Source: a virus. From it: 64,000 nt of DNA. The DNA lies in the IMG/VR virus record IMGVR_UViG_3300048919_000048, positions 32,001-96,000 of that record. One strand, 5' to 3'. Below are positions 44,628 through 53,704 of the stretch, piece by piece. The notes below the pieces were generated by a model. The model worked only from the letters and a program-made list of their open reading frames with translations. It did not search any database and had not been told where the DNA came from. Position 1 is the first letter of the stretch; the number at the start of each line of letters is the position of its first letter. The position numbers were made by a program, and so were the translations under genes.

Positions 44628-46112
44628 TTACACGATCTGACTGAAGATCACGTCCTCAGGTTCCAAAGAGAAGACCTCCGTCGTCCCCGCCGTAACGTCT
44701 GTGTTGACGTAGGAGGAATCAGGGGCACCTTTGTTCTTGATGTCCACAAAGACCTGTGTGAATCGATCCGGGGAGGTTGAACTCATGACAGTTCCCACTA
44801 GACGAACGTTATAAAGCGTCCCGGCGATCATTGTACCGTTCACCGCTGTCGCCAGGCCGTTTGCGATGCTCGTCTCTTCCGTAACAGACAGTGGGCGTCC
44901 ACGGTAACGAACACGGATCTGAAGCTCACGGGCAGTTGCCTTCGTGTGCCAGATTCGTTCAATCTGGTCATCTTCAGTGGTGATGTCGTAGAACGTGTCA
45001 CCATACGTGTTATTCGATGCAGCGATCGTGTCATAAAGCACTTGACTAATCTCTGCCGTTCCTCCACCATAACACACAGTCATGAAGCGATAAGGTGGGA
45101 TTCCCAAACTGTTGGTCTTGTCCGTATTGTTGTTGAAGATACGAACCTTCTCAATGCCTTCCACCTTGTTCAGGAGCGCCGCCAGAATTGCCGGGCGGGT
45201 AGCCTTCCCTTCGTTGATGGACTGAGTGGCACGGATTCGGTATTCGTTGTCAGATTCAACATCTGATCCGTCGATGAAGGCCGTCAGGTTATCCATCGCC
45301 ACAAATCCACCCGGTGTTGGGTTGATGGTGGTAACGGAGTGGATATCACGAGAGATGTAGCCCGGCTCGATAGAGCGGACATCCATTGAGATGGTCTTTG
45401 TGCCAACCATCGGGTTTGTACGGAAGTCAACTCGACTTGACAGGCCGATCATGTTCTTGTTAGAATCATAACCGATGTACAACGCCCCTTCGGCTGAATC
45501 AATGATGATCCTGTCTTGGTTGGAAAGGATCGTGTTATTTACGATGAAGTCCTTGATTTGCCCGAAGAATGTCATCAGGGGCTGTCCGGATGTCGCCGTA
45601 AGATTCAGGGTGAGGGTTTTTACAGTCTGGTCGGTTGTGTTCTGGATTTGGAATCGGTAAGATCCGACTGTCAAATCCGTACCCCGGATTAGCTGGGCCA
45701 CAATATTACCTGCCACCTGAACATCAGATGATAGCTCGTAATCAGTATCAATGGTGTAGGTAGAGGCAGAATAAATCATATTGTACGGGACTGAGGAATC
45801 GATCGTCATGACGACTGTCCCGGTACTGCGGGTCTTTCCGAGGCGGTAGATACCGCGCTTGCCCAACAGGTCGTCCAAGTAGATGCCCTCGGCACCTTGC
45901 ATGGTCTGGGCGTAGTATACGGACCCCATCAAGAGCCAGAGTTGGTACTCTCGCTCGTTAAAAATCTGAATCAGCTTGTCCGCAACGGAGTTGCTCTCGG
46001 TGTTGAAATCTTCACCAAAGGCGGACTTGAAAGTCTTCTTCGTTTCTTGAACAAGGTCATCCATCGGCGGGAGGTTAAATCCACTGCCTGTCAAACCATA
46101 ATTCTCCGCCAT
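44628..46112 (-). CDS. Baseplate J-like wedge protein
   Basis: YGLT..GF, AEG..LD, GSD.ESD.EYR.R, N.T...NS.GIPP. Confidence 0.9.
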   Translation of the reverse strand: MAENYGLTGSGFNLPPMDDLVQETKKTFKSAFGEDFNTESNSVADKLIQIFNEREYQLWLLMGSVYYAQTMQGAEGIYLDDLLGKRGIYRLGKTRSTGTVVMTIDSSVPYNMIYSASTYTIDTDYELSSDVQVAGNIVAQLIRGTDLTVGSYRFQIQNTTDQTVKTLTLNLTATSGQPLMTFFGQIKDFIVNNTILSNQDRIIIDSAEGALYIGYDSNKNMIGLSSRVDFRTNPMVGTKTISMDVRSIEPGYISRDIHSVTTINPTPGGFVAMDNLTAFIDGSDVESDNEYRIRATQSINEGKATRPAILAALLNKVEGIEKVRIFNNNTDKTNSLGIPPYRFMTVCYGGGTAEISQVLYDTIAASNNTYGDTFYDITTEDDQIERIWHTKATARELQIRVRYRGRPLSVTEETSIANGLATAVNGTMIAGTLYNVRLVGTVMSSTSPDRFTQVFVDIKNKGAPDSSYVNTDVTAGTTEVFSLEPEDVIFSQIV

Positions 46113-46145
46113 TACTCCTCCTGCGCTTAAATTAGGCGATAAGCG

Positions 46146-46155
46146 TATTTTATCA
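46146..46155 (-). promoter_or_regulatory. Putative late promoter TGATAAAATA
   Basis: Recurrent motif after a terminator. Confidence 0.6.
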
Positions 46156-46171
46156 TATTACACTGAGAATT

Positions 46172-46201
46172 AAAAGAAAAGGGAGCCAGAGGCTCCCTTT
46201 G
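46172..46201 (-). terminator. Rho-independent terminator
   Basis: AAAGGGAGCC..GGCTCCCTTTTCTTTT. Confidence 0.8.
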
Positions 46202-46735
46202 TCATTTCCAAGTATTAACCCACGTACTGTCGCCATATTTCGGCAGTTGGAAGTTAATAAGGTAGTACAGTTTGTTCTTGAAGTTGATGATGACACCTTC
46301 ATCACCACACAGTTGCACGTTGCCCTCTGGTGGTGTAGGATACTGGTACTGGTCCTCACCGATAAACGCAAGGTTAATCTCCTCGCCTTCGGCAGTGACT
46401 ACGGTAAAGTAGCATTTATAGGAACGGCCCACGACATCCATAGTGGAGTCAAAATCAACGATCTGAAGAACGTCCGGCTCCTGACGGACCTCTGACTTGA
46501 TCCTTCCGTCAAGAACGGCTTTTACCGTTTTCTTCCCAACGAAGGTCCGGTAAGGGAAGCCAAACGTCTCGTCGAAGTACCAGTCCCCAGACCAAATGGC
46601 GAAGCGAAGATACAGACGTTGACGAAGAGAAAGCTGGTTCGTTAGGGCCAGCTTCATGCCCCGGTTACCCGGGACACCGAAGTCCAGATCCCCGGTCAAG
46701 GGATCGAGGAGCAGGTCTTTATATTGAGTAGCCAT
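46202..46735 (-). CDS. Baseplate sheath initiator (gp25-like)
   Basis: DLLLDP..GDL, QRL..R...W.G.W..D..FG.PY; position. Confidence 0.75.
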   Translation of the reverse strand: MATQYKDLLLDPLTGDLDFGVPGNRGMKLALTNQLSLRQRLYLRFAIWSGDWYFDETFGFPYRTFVGKKTVKAVLDGRIKSEVRQEPDVLQIVDFDSTMDVVGRSYKCYFTVVTAEGEEINLAFIGEDQYQYPTPPEGNVQLCGDEGVIINFKNKLYYLINFQLPKYGDSTWVNTWK

Positions 46736-46743
46736 AATTCCCC

Positions 46744-47448
46744 TTAGGCATTTGGAGGTTGGGTGTTGTTAGAACCAGAACCGTCTGTCCAAGTGTAGAA
46801 GTGACTATGACGCTTGAAGTATTCGAAGAAGTCATCCACATCGACACCATTTGCCGTAATGATTCTCCCGGCTGGTGTAATCCGGGCACCGTTAACGGTC
46901 ACCATCCCGGAAGGGTCCATGACAAGTGACCCCGGGCCATTATTAATCTTTACGTTGCCGTCAGCCAATGCTTCCACGGACACCTTCGGGTTAGCCAAGG
47001 AGGCGTCACCATTGGGCTTCAGAGTCAGAACCGCCTTGTCATTCTCCAACACGACGTTGTCCGGGTGAATAGCCTTCGAGTTATCATCCGTAAAGATCTG
47101 GGTCACAGCCCAACCTGCAAAAAGCTGATGGGTGTTCTGATCGTTGTTATCCCCCTCGTTTCGTTCAGAGAAGGACAGGCCGACGATATCCCCCGGCTTG
47201 ATCGGCATCGTGAGACGGGCCTTGCCGTTCGCTCCCGATGGAAGAAGGACGGGAACATCATAAATGACCGGGTATCGGTCAGTGGTGCCGGAGGGGAACT
47301 CTGTGTAGGCCATCGGCTGAACATCAACGGACGGCCCTTTGTAATTCACCCCGACCACTTTGCCACGGATATTCGTGTGGACGTTGTTACGCAGGAAACG
47401 GGAGATGTAAATCCCGAATGCTGCATCATAGCGGTCAGTATATGCCAC
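46744..47448 (-). CDS. Baseplate central spike (gpV/phi92 gp138-like)
   Basis: VDVQP...DVPV..P...PIKPGD...FSER; C-terminal HSH metal motif. Confidence 0.85.
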   Translation of the reverse strand: MAYTDRYDAAFGIYISRFLRNNVHTNIRGKVVGVNYKGPSVDVQPMAYTEFPSGTTDRYPVIYDVPVLLPSGANGKARLTMPIKPGDIVGLSFSERNEGDNNDQNTHQLFAGWAVTQIFTDDNSKAIHPDNVVLENDKAVLTLKPNGDASLANPKVSVEALADGNVKINNGPGSLVMDPSGMVTVNGARITPAGRIITANGVDVDDFFEYFKRHSHFYTWTDGSGSNNTQPPNA

Positions 47449-47457
47449 GTCAACTCC

Positions 47458-48438
47458 TTATTGCATAAGTTCGCCACGGGTCTCTACCAACCCGAGTTCG
47501 GTCACCCAGTCCCCAGTTTCATATCCACCACGGTGGGTAAGCTCTGCCACCTTGTAGAAGCCTTTGTGGTAGCGGGTGTTGAGATATACAGTTGATTCCG
47601 GTAGGATAGCGCCGTTCAGAAGTGTGGTTACAGTCATACCCACGTCCTCCTTGATGTCGTGCTCCTTGGCCTTCTTAGAAGGCTTCTTGGGCTTCGCCCC
47701 GGCCTTCTCTTTGGCTTTGGCTGCAAGCAACTTCTTGGAAGATGCAGGCTGCTTCGGGGTCGGTGTCCCTACCATGCCGCCTTCTTCGGAGATCTCGAAC
47801 ATGACATTATTGAAGCGAGAACCCTCTCTTGTCCAGTACACGGCACCATCTTGCACCGAGAACGTAGATCCTGTATTCTTTGCCAGGTTAGCAAGGTTTT
47901 GGGATGCATTCCCGGTGAACGCCATGGACGTCTGAAGGGTTTGGTTACCAAAGTCGATCACACGGCCCTTTGGCAGCTTCAAATCGTTGATCAGGTCGTT
48001 AAGGACACTGTTCAATGGTGTCCCTTTACGATATGACCGGGCAGTTGTGGCAGTCGTAAGGTTCAGCGTTCCATCACCCAAGATGAACTTGGTTTCTCGG
48101 GTCTCTGCTTCGAAGTTATCCTCCACATACTCAACCGTGCCGGAGAAGATCAGCTTCTCATCGCCATTGTATCCTGCATGGAGCATCACCGCAAGGGACT
48201 CTCGCTGGTTTACTGACAAGTAGTTGACAACCTCATCAGATAGGTTGTACACTGTGACATAACCCTTGTTAGGCTCCTTCGAGTTATCTTTCTTCACGTT
48301 GAATTCCATGTGAAGCTCTTTGATCTCGTAGGCATTGCCTTTGCTGGTGTTGGTATACTTCTCGATGTTAACTGGCTTTTCGCCAATCGACACCGGGCGA
48401 CCAATCACCAAGGTATATGTCCTCTCCATCGCTCTCAT
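47458..48438 (-). CDS. Baseplate hub protein
   Basis: PN...V.VYNLS, L.AGY......IF.G, SVQDG, GMVGTP. Confidence 0.85.
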   Translation of the reverse strand: MRAMERTYTLVIGRPVSIGEKPVNIEKYTNTSKGNAYEIKELHMEFNVKKDNSKEPNKGYVTVYNLSDEVVNYLSVNQRESLAVMLHAGYNGDEKLIFSGTVEYVEDNFEAETRETKFILGDGTLNLTTATTARSYRKGTPLNSVLNDLINDLKLPKGRVIDFGNQTLQTSMAFTGNASQNLANLAKNTGSTFSVQDGAVYWTREGSRFNNVMFEISEEGGMVGTPTPKQPASSKKLLAAKAKEKAGAKPKKPSKKAKEHDIKEDVGMTVTTLLNGAILPESTVYLNTRYHKGFYKVAELTHRGGYETGDWVTELGLVETRGELMQ

Positions 48439-48803
48439 TATTCTTCCTCCACATCCTCAAGCAAGGATGAATAAGTCATCTGAACCCCAGACAAAGGGCC
48501 GATATTGAAACGCCCGGCTCGGGTCCGGATATCTCCCAAGGGCCACAGTACCAAGTTACCATCTGGGATGTTGTCAAGGTAACGATAAGGGGCCAAGATA
48601 TCTGAGTAACAGGTCAGTTTAGACGTGATGGTTGGCACCGGGGCACCAACATCCCCAAAGGACATAAACCACGACTCATCTCGCTCGTTCCACATGAAAC
48701 GAAGTTCGTAAGTCACGGAGTCCAGAACCACACGGAATGTTTCATCCGGGTATCCGCTCAGTGAAAAGTCAAATGTGCGGACAACTGTTTTTGTTTCAGC
48801 CAT
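48438..48803 (-). CDS. Baseplate protein (plug-like)
   Basis: F.V.L...Y.LRF.WN.R..SW; position. Confidence 0.7.
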   Translation of the reverse strand: MAETKTVVRTFDFSLSGYPDETFRVVLDSVTYELRFMWNERDESWFMSFGDVGAPVPTITSKLTCYSDILAPYRYLDNIPDGNLVLWPLGDIRTRAGRFNIGPLSGVQMTYSSLLEDVEEE

Positions 48804-48805
48804 GA

Positions 48806-49675
48806 TTACGGTCTCTTCAGTGAGTTAGGGTCAAATGGAAGCTTGGCACCCGGCTTGCCGGAGAAGTCCGTCGTTCCAACCATCTGGTTCTCCCAGCGCT
48901 CCTTTGTAGCCGCATTCTTCCCGATATAGGGAGTCTGACGCTTCTGCTTGTCACTATCATCCACAGCGCCACCTTCTGCCGTCTGCTTGTTCCCTGAGTT
49001 GGCATTCTTCGCCTTCTTCGGGTCCGCAACTTTGGCCTGGGCGAGCACCGTCAGGTTAGCATTCTTGAATCGAAACTCCTCAAGACTAACCTGTACAGTA
49101 ATGGAAGATCCTGTCTCTGAACTACGGTCAACTTGGAAGTTAGTGATCACATAGTTGGTCAGGATGTTATCTTCAGTCACCAACGTTACCAACTGGTGCG
49201 AGTCGGCAATCAGTTCCAGGATCTCGATGGCCTTCGCCGGACGGCGGGCCTCCATCGGGTTTTCCTTGTTGGTGTCTCGGTCAATCATGTTGCGGGGGTC
49301 AATCAGGTAAGGAGAGTCAGTAACAACCCCAGTGAAAGAAAATTTACCATCTTGCGTGGTTACGTGGTCAGAGGCTTTTGCCTTTGACTCCACGGCATAG
49401 CTTGACTTGTTGTAGTCCTTTGTGTAAGAATGGTTTGTAACGGAGTCGAAGAGGATTGCCAGATCATCCGTCTGGTTTTTGCTCTCGAACTCGTTGAGTC
49501 GCCCACGGCGGAGGCCGGAAACGAACATGGTGTACTGAATGTCCTCTCGGGCCTTGGCATTAGCAACTGCCGTTTCTTTCCGATCGACTCCAGCCCGCCA
49601 GTCGTCAACGGCTTGCTTCATTTTCTTTTCTTGTTCCGTTGACGGAACGTAAACACCGTTTTCGTAACTTGCCAT
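48806..49675 (-). CDS. Tail tube initiator / Dit-like protein
   Basis: FD.V...S.....Y.VE....SDH; follows tape measure. Confidence 0.7.
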   Translation of the reverse strand: MASYENGVYVPSTEQEKKMKQAVDDWRAGVDRKETAVANAKAREDIQYTMFVSGLRRGRLNEFESKNQTDDLAILFDSVTNHSYTKDYNKSSYAVESKAKASDHVTTQDGKFSFTGVVTDSPYLIDPRNMIDRDTNKENPMEARRPAKAIEILELIADSHQLVTLVTEDNILTNYVITNFQVDRSSETGSSITVQVSLEEFRFKNANLTVLAQAKVADPKKAKNANSGNKQTAEGGAVDDSDKQKRQTPYIGKNAATKERWENQMVGTTDFSGKPGAKLPFDPNSLKRP

Positions 49676-49694
49676 AAAAGTCCTCCTGTGCTAG

Positions 49695-49704
49695 TATTTT
49701 AGCA
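49695..49704 (-). promoter_or_regulatory. Putative late promoter TGCTAAAATA
   Basis: Recurrent motif after a terminator. Confidence 0.6.
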
Positions 49705-49716
49705 TGAATACAGGCA

Positions 49717-49740
49717 ATAAAAAAGGGGCCGAAGCCCCTT
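49717..49740 (-). terminator. Rho-independent terminator
   Basis: AAGGGGC-TTCG-GCCCCTTTTTT. Confidence 0.88.
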
Positions 49741-49742
49741 GA

Positions 49743-52178
49743 TTAGTTAGGTCCACCCTGAATCAACATGTTGAAGTTGAACTGGTTGTTCTCGTCAACA
49801 ACGGCACGGATCATGTTCTTCAGTTCGCCAGCCTTGATCTCGATGGTCACGTTACCTTCGACCTTCTGAGGCTGCGCTGGGAATGGAATTCCTGTTGGTC
49901 CGGTGATCCCGGCACCCGGGCCTGGGGTCCCGATAGTCGGTGCATTGAGATTACGAGGTTTGTTGAACCATTCGTCAAGGACATCCATCAGGCCAACGGG
50001 ATGAAGTGACATACCGTACTTCTCTTGCATTGCCTGTTGGTCAATCCCTGCTTCAGCAAGACGTTCGTCACCACGTTTAACGAAGCGGTCATTCAACATG
50101 CTTCCGCCTGCGTAAACCTCACCGAGGATACCCAGTTTGGCAAACTTACCGAGGGCCTTCCAACGTTCCAAGAAGGACAGGGGCTTAGGAGGACCCGCAG
50201 GGCCACCTGGGGTTCCGGCAGCAGGACCCGCAGGTCCAGCCCCTGGTCCACCCGTGGAAGCAGGGCCACCCATTGATTCACGGATAGCAACAAGGGCACC
50301 ACGCAGGCCAGCGATTTTTGTCAGGATCTTGAAGATTCTGTTCAACCCGCCGACGAAGATCCCGATTCCGAGAGCATATCCGGCCCAATCGAAGACTTGC
50401 TTCAGCATGTCCCCCTGATAACCGAGCTTCTCTGCGTAGTAGCTGACGATACGATCCAAGAGCACGAAGTCATCGTGGATCTCTGTCACCATGTCCCAGA
50501 ACCCTTCGATTACGTTCCCGAAGAAACGACCGAGGTTTTTGGCAAGGTCACCGTTACTATCGAGGATCTTGGCAAGGTCACGGAACACACGAGTCATCTG
50601 CTCACCGAAGCCACCTTCGAAGACGGCGTTCTGGAAGTTAACCCACGTCTGCTGCATCTGCTGCATAGCCACTCGGTTGCTGTTCAGCGCCTTATCCAGC
50701 GCACCACCCTTACGGGCAGCTTCAGAGAAGTATTTGGCAACATACGGCAGAACTTTGGCAGATTTCAATTCACCCTTCTGCATCATATCCATCAGTTTTT
50801 CAACGTCGATGGTTGTATCGCCAAAGGCTTCTTGTGCTGCCTTAACGAACACTTGCAGGGAGCCGGGAATACCTTCCGCCAACTGACCTTTCAATTCTTC
50901 AGCCATGATCTGGCCTTTACCCATCATCTGCCCGATCGCGGTGATACCACGCTGGAACTTGACCGGATCCACCTGAAGGGCTGTGGCGTACTCAGAGAAG
51001 CCTTTGAACAGTTCATCGTTCTGAGCCTTGTTCAAGATACCGTCGGAGTTGACGGACATCTGTACGTAACCCTGAGAAGCAATCTTCAGATCCAAGCCCA
51101 AACGGTATGCCTGATCTTTCAGGAACTTGATTCGTTTAGCCGCCTCATCTGATGAATCAGAAACCATCGTCATAGTCGCATCCATACCCTGGAAGAACTG
51201 ACCCTGACGGAGAACTGAAGCGCCGGATGCAAATACCCCATAGGCTGCTCCCGCATTCAGCAGTTGGGAACGAATATCACCAAGGGCCGCTCCAAACCCG
51301 CCCGCATTCGCTTGAGCGGAACGGAACTGTCGTTCCAGCGCCTGGATGCTCTGACGGTACTGACCTGCTGAGAGTGTGCCAGCCTTGAACTGTTTGTTCA
51401 ACTCTTGGATGCCATTACCTGCACCGTCTCTTCCGAGGGAGCTTTGATAATTGCGTCCGTATTTTGAAGAAAGGCGGATTCGCTGCTGGGACATCACATC
51501 GTCGATGCGGGCTGCACGGGCAGCTTCAGAAGCACGTTGACGAGCCTCTGCTTTTGTCTTACGATCCTGTGCCTGAGACTGAGTACGGATACGACCAGCC
51601 ATTGCCCGGTTTTGACGAGCAATCAATTCTGGGTTGTACGGTTTGTTCGGATCTCCCACCATCCCGGTGCCGAAGCCACTACGAGGGGGAAGAGGAACAG
51701 AGTTGATGCGGGTAACGTTGAGGGGACGAGATGCAGCATTCATACCAGTCGTTGCTTTACGGTTGGCTTTTTTGGCCTCACGCTCTTGCTGCTGGTAGAA
51801 CTTCCTCATCTCTGACATCCCCTCACGGGGTGCGGTCATCTGCTTGACCTTCTGGCGAATGCGGGCTGAAGAAGCTTTAGCGATTGCCTCTTTGGCACGA
51901 GCCTCTTTTTTGGCAATGGCGATGCTGTAGTCGGATGCACGTTTTTCTTCACGCATACGGGTTTCAGCCAGGCGCTTGTTCACCAAACGCATCTGGGCGG
52001 CAGACTTGTCATAAGCTTTCGCCGGGTCTTTCTTAGGCTTGGTGATGGCATCGGATGCCTTCTCCCATTCCTTGCCCACCTGGCGAATCTGTTTTACCGC
52101 ACGGTTATAGGAAGCCTTATCGACCTCAAATGTTGTACGGTTGACCGTTTTGGTTACGATCACGTTTCCACTTGCCAT
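49743..52178 (-). CDS. Tape measure protein
   Basis: AIGQMMGKGQIMAEELKGQLAEGIPG tape-measure motif; helical, Ala-rich; position. Confidence 0.92.
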   Translation of the reverse strand: MASGNVIVTKTVNRTTFEVDKASYNRAVKQIRQVGKEWEKASDAITKPKKDPAKAYDKSAAQMRLVNKRLAETRMREEKRASDYSIAIAKKEARAKEAIAKASSARIRQKVKQMTAPREGMSEMRKFYQQQEREAKKANRKATTGMNAASRPLNVTRINSVPLPPRSGFGTGMVGDPNKPYNPELIARQNRAMAGRIRTQSQAQDRKTKAEARQRASEAARAARIDDVMSQQRIRLSSKYGRNYQSSLGRDGAGNGIQELNKQFKAGTLSAGQYRQSIQALERQFRSAQANAGGFGAALGDIRSQLLNAGAAYGVFASGASVLRQGQFFQGMDATMTMVSDSSDEAAKRIKFLKDQAYRLGLDLKIASQGYVQMSVNSDGILNKAQNDELFKGFSEYATALQVDPVKFQRGITAIGQMMGKGQIMAEELKGQLAEGIPGSLQVFVKAAQEAFGDTTIDVEKLMDMMQKGELKSAKVLPYVAKYFSEAARKGGALDKALNSNRVAMQQMQQTWVNFQNAVFEGGFGEQMTRVFRDLAKILDSNGDLAKNLGRFFGNVIEGFWDMVTEIHDDFVLLDRIVSYYAEKLGYQGDMLKQVFDWAGYALGIGIFVGGLNRIFKILTKIAGLRGALVAIRESMGGPASTGGPGAGPAGPAAGTPGGPAGPPKPLSFLERWKALGKFAKLGILGEVYAGGSMLNDRFVKRGDERLAEAGIDQQAMQEKYGMSLHPVGLMDVLDEWFNKPRNLNAPTIGTPGPGAGITGPTGIPFPAQPQKVEGNVTIEIKAGELKNMIRAVVDENNQFNFNMLIQGGPN

Positions 52179-52208
52179 TGCGCCTCCTCTGGCGGTAGCC
52201 GTGGAGGT

Positions 52209-52325
52209 TTACTGTCTCCACGGATCGAAGCCTTCCGGATGTTCCGGAACAACCATAGGCCCGTGTTTGCGTTCAGCTTGAACACAGGCAATAAAAATAA
52301 GGGTCATCAGTGTCAGTACGATCAT
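52209..52325 (-). CDS. 38-aa membrane peptide (not in ORF track)
   Basis: AGAGGAGAG RBS; MIVLTLMTLIFIACVQAERKHGP...WRQ. Confidence 0.65.
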   Translation of the reverse strand: MIVLTLMTLIFIACVQAERKHGPMVVPEHPEGFDPWRQ

Positions 52326-52355
52326 GGTATCTCTCCTCTTTGGTATGTTTTAGAC

Positions 52356-52364
52356 ATATTATCA
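52356..52364 (-). promoter_or_regulatory. Putative late promoter variant TGATAATAT
   Basis: After terminator, before RBS. Confidence 0.45.
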
Positions 52365-52368
52365 CACC

Positions 52369-52404
52369 AAAAAAGAAAAGGCCAGAGTCTTTCGACTCCG
52401 GCCC
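52369..52404 (-). terminator. Rho-independent terminator
   Basis: GGCCGGAGTC-GAAA-GACTCTGGCC TTTTCTTTTTT. Confidence 0.88.
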
Positions 52405-52779
52405 TTAACCTCCCTTAAACTTCTTGTTTCGGGCAGCGATCTCTTGATTCCTGCGAGCCTGGTCGATATCCTTCTGCTGGGCTTCCTGAACGAAGTCCTG
52501 AATATCAAGATACTCATTCTTCTTCAGAAGGTCTTCCATATCCCCGGCCTCAATGGTGAGTTCATTCACACCTTTGAATCGCTCCATCACCCGGTAAGTG
52601 AGGTAGTCGTACCATTTAAGAGATGAGTGCTTCCGTGCATACTCGATTGCCTTCTCTACTGTACTCAGCGGGATCAGATTTCCGTCTGGTTCGTCTCGTC
52701 CAGTTGATCCACCGCTCGTGCCAGCCCCAGTTTTTTGAGGAATGTGTCGATGGTCCCGAAACCGCTCTTTCCGAAAAAA
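52405..52779 (-). CDS. Tail assembly chaperone, -1 frameshift extension (GT-like)
   Basis: -1 frame overlap with TAC; T_TTT_TTC heptamer at 52773-52779; no obvious own RBS. Confidence 0.65.
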   Translation of the reverse strand, partial: FFRKERFRDHRHIPQKTGAGTSGGSTGRDEPDGNLIPLSTVEKAIEYARKHSSLKWYDYLTYRVMERFKGVNELTIEAGDMEDLLKKNEYLDIQDFVQEAQQKDIDQARRNQEIAARNKKFKGG

Positions 52780-53147
52780 CAACCGTAGTTGACTTCAACC
52801 ACCTTACTCAGCAGAGTGATCAGGTCTTCAACGTGGTCCTCGAAAACGATGTCGATGTCGATTGGGCCACCCATGCTGTCTACTTCGATCCCTTCCAAGA
52901 GCAGGTCCAGAATCTCTTGACCGCCATCCTCAATTTGGTCGAGGATATAAAGGATCGCTGTTGGTACTGCGTCTTGCAGACCTTGACCGCCGGAGAAGGC
53001 AGAACCAGCCATTGTGCCCATCGGTACTGCCACCAGGCGACCAATCTTAGGCATATTACGAATCACTTGGCTTGGTGACCAGTGATAAATTGTAAAGCGC
53101 TTTCCGCCGCACAGAATAATGTCTGTGGACTTCTTAACCTTAAACAT
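52674..53147 (-). CDS. Tail assembly chaperone (G-like)
   Basis: AGGAG RBS; between tube and tape measure; VEVNYG.FF. Confidence 0.8.
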   Translation of the reverse strand: MFKVKKSTDIILCGGKRFTIYHWSPSQVIRNMPKIGRLVAVPMGTMAGSAFSGGQGLQDAVPTAILYILDQIEDGGQEILDLLLEGIEVDSMGGPIDIDIVFEDHVEDLITLLSKVVEVNYGCFFGKSGFGTIDTFLKKLGLARAVDQLDETNQTEI

Positions 53148-53218
53148 GATACACTCCTGTGTCTTCTGTTGAAAAATCCATGCCGTGAGAAAAGGCCACA
53201 TCCCTGTGGCTCACGTTG

Positions 53219-53701
53219 TTATTGGTCCAGACCAACCAGACCAGTAATGCCTGCGACAGCACCTTGGATCTGATCAGGAGACAGCCACGCATCCAGTACG
53301 CCGATTTCCCAGTCCATCTGACCAACTTCGGAACCGTAGGTCAGGTCAGGCTGTTTCTGAATCCAACCGATGGTGTTCAGGGACAGACCCTGAGAACCTT
53401 CGACTTGGACTGGCAGGTAAATCAGGCCAGTTACGTTGGCTTGGCGCTGCCACTGGGCCAGATAGCCGTTCCAAGGAGCGGTGTTCTGGAGTGACAGGGT
53501 CATTACCCCGGTGTTGTCACGGGACAGGGCGTTACTGATCTCGCCATCTACGCCCGCATGGACGGAGATGTTGTCGTTGTTACGAGAGATAACGATCTTC
53601 GTATCCGCTGCGAAGCCAGCAACACGCTGTCCACCAATGAAGACCAAGACTTTTGCCGGGTCATACGCCTGAAGCGTCAGGATTTTGGATTGGTTCAGCA
53701 T
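53219..53701 (-). CDS. Tail tube protein
   Basis: YDP.KV...GG..V.GFA.D.KI...GVDGE; follows sheath. Confidence 0.85.
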   Translation of the reverse strand: MLNQSKILTLQAYDPAKVLVFIGGQRVAGFAADTKIVISRNNDNISVHAGVDGEISNALSRDNTGVMTLSLQNTAPWNGYLAQWQRQANVTGLIYLPVQVEGSQGLSLNTIGWIQKQPDLTYGSEVGQMDWEIGVLDAWLSPDQIQGAVAGITGLVGLDQ

Positions 53702-53704
53702 CTA

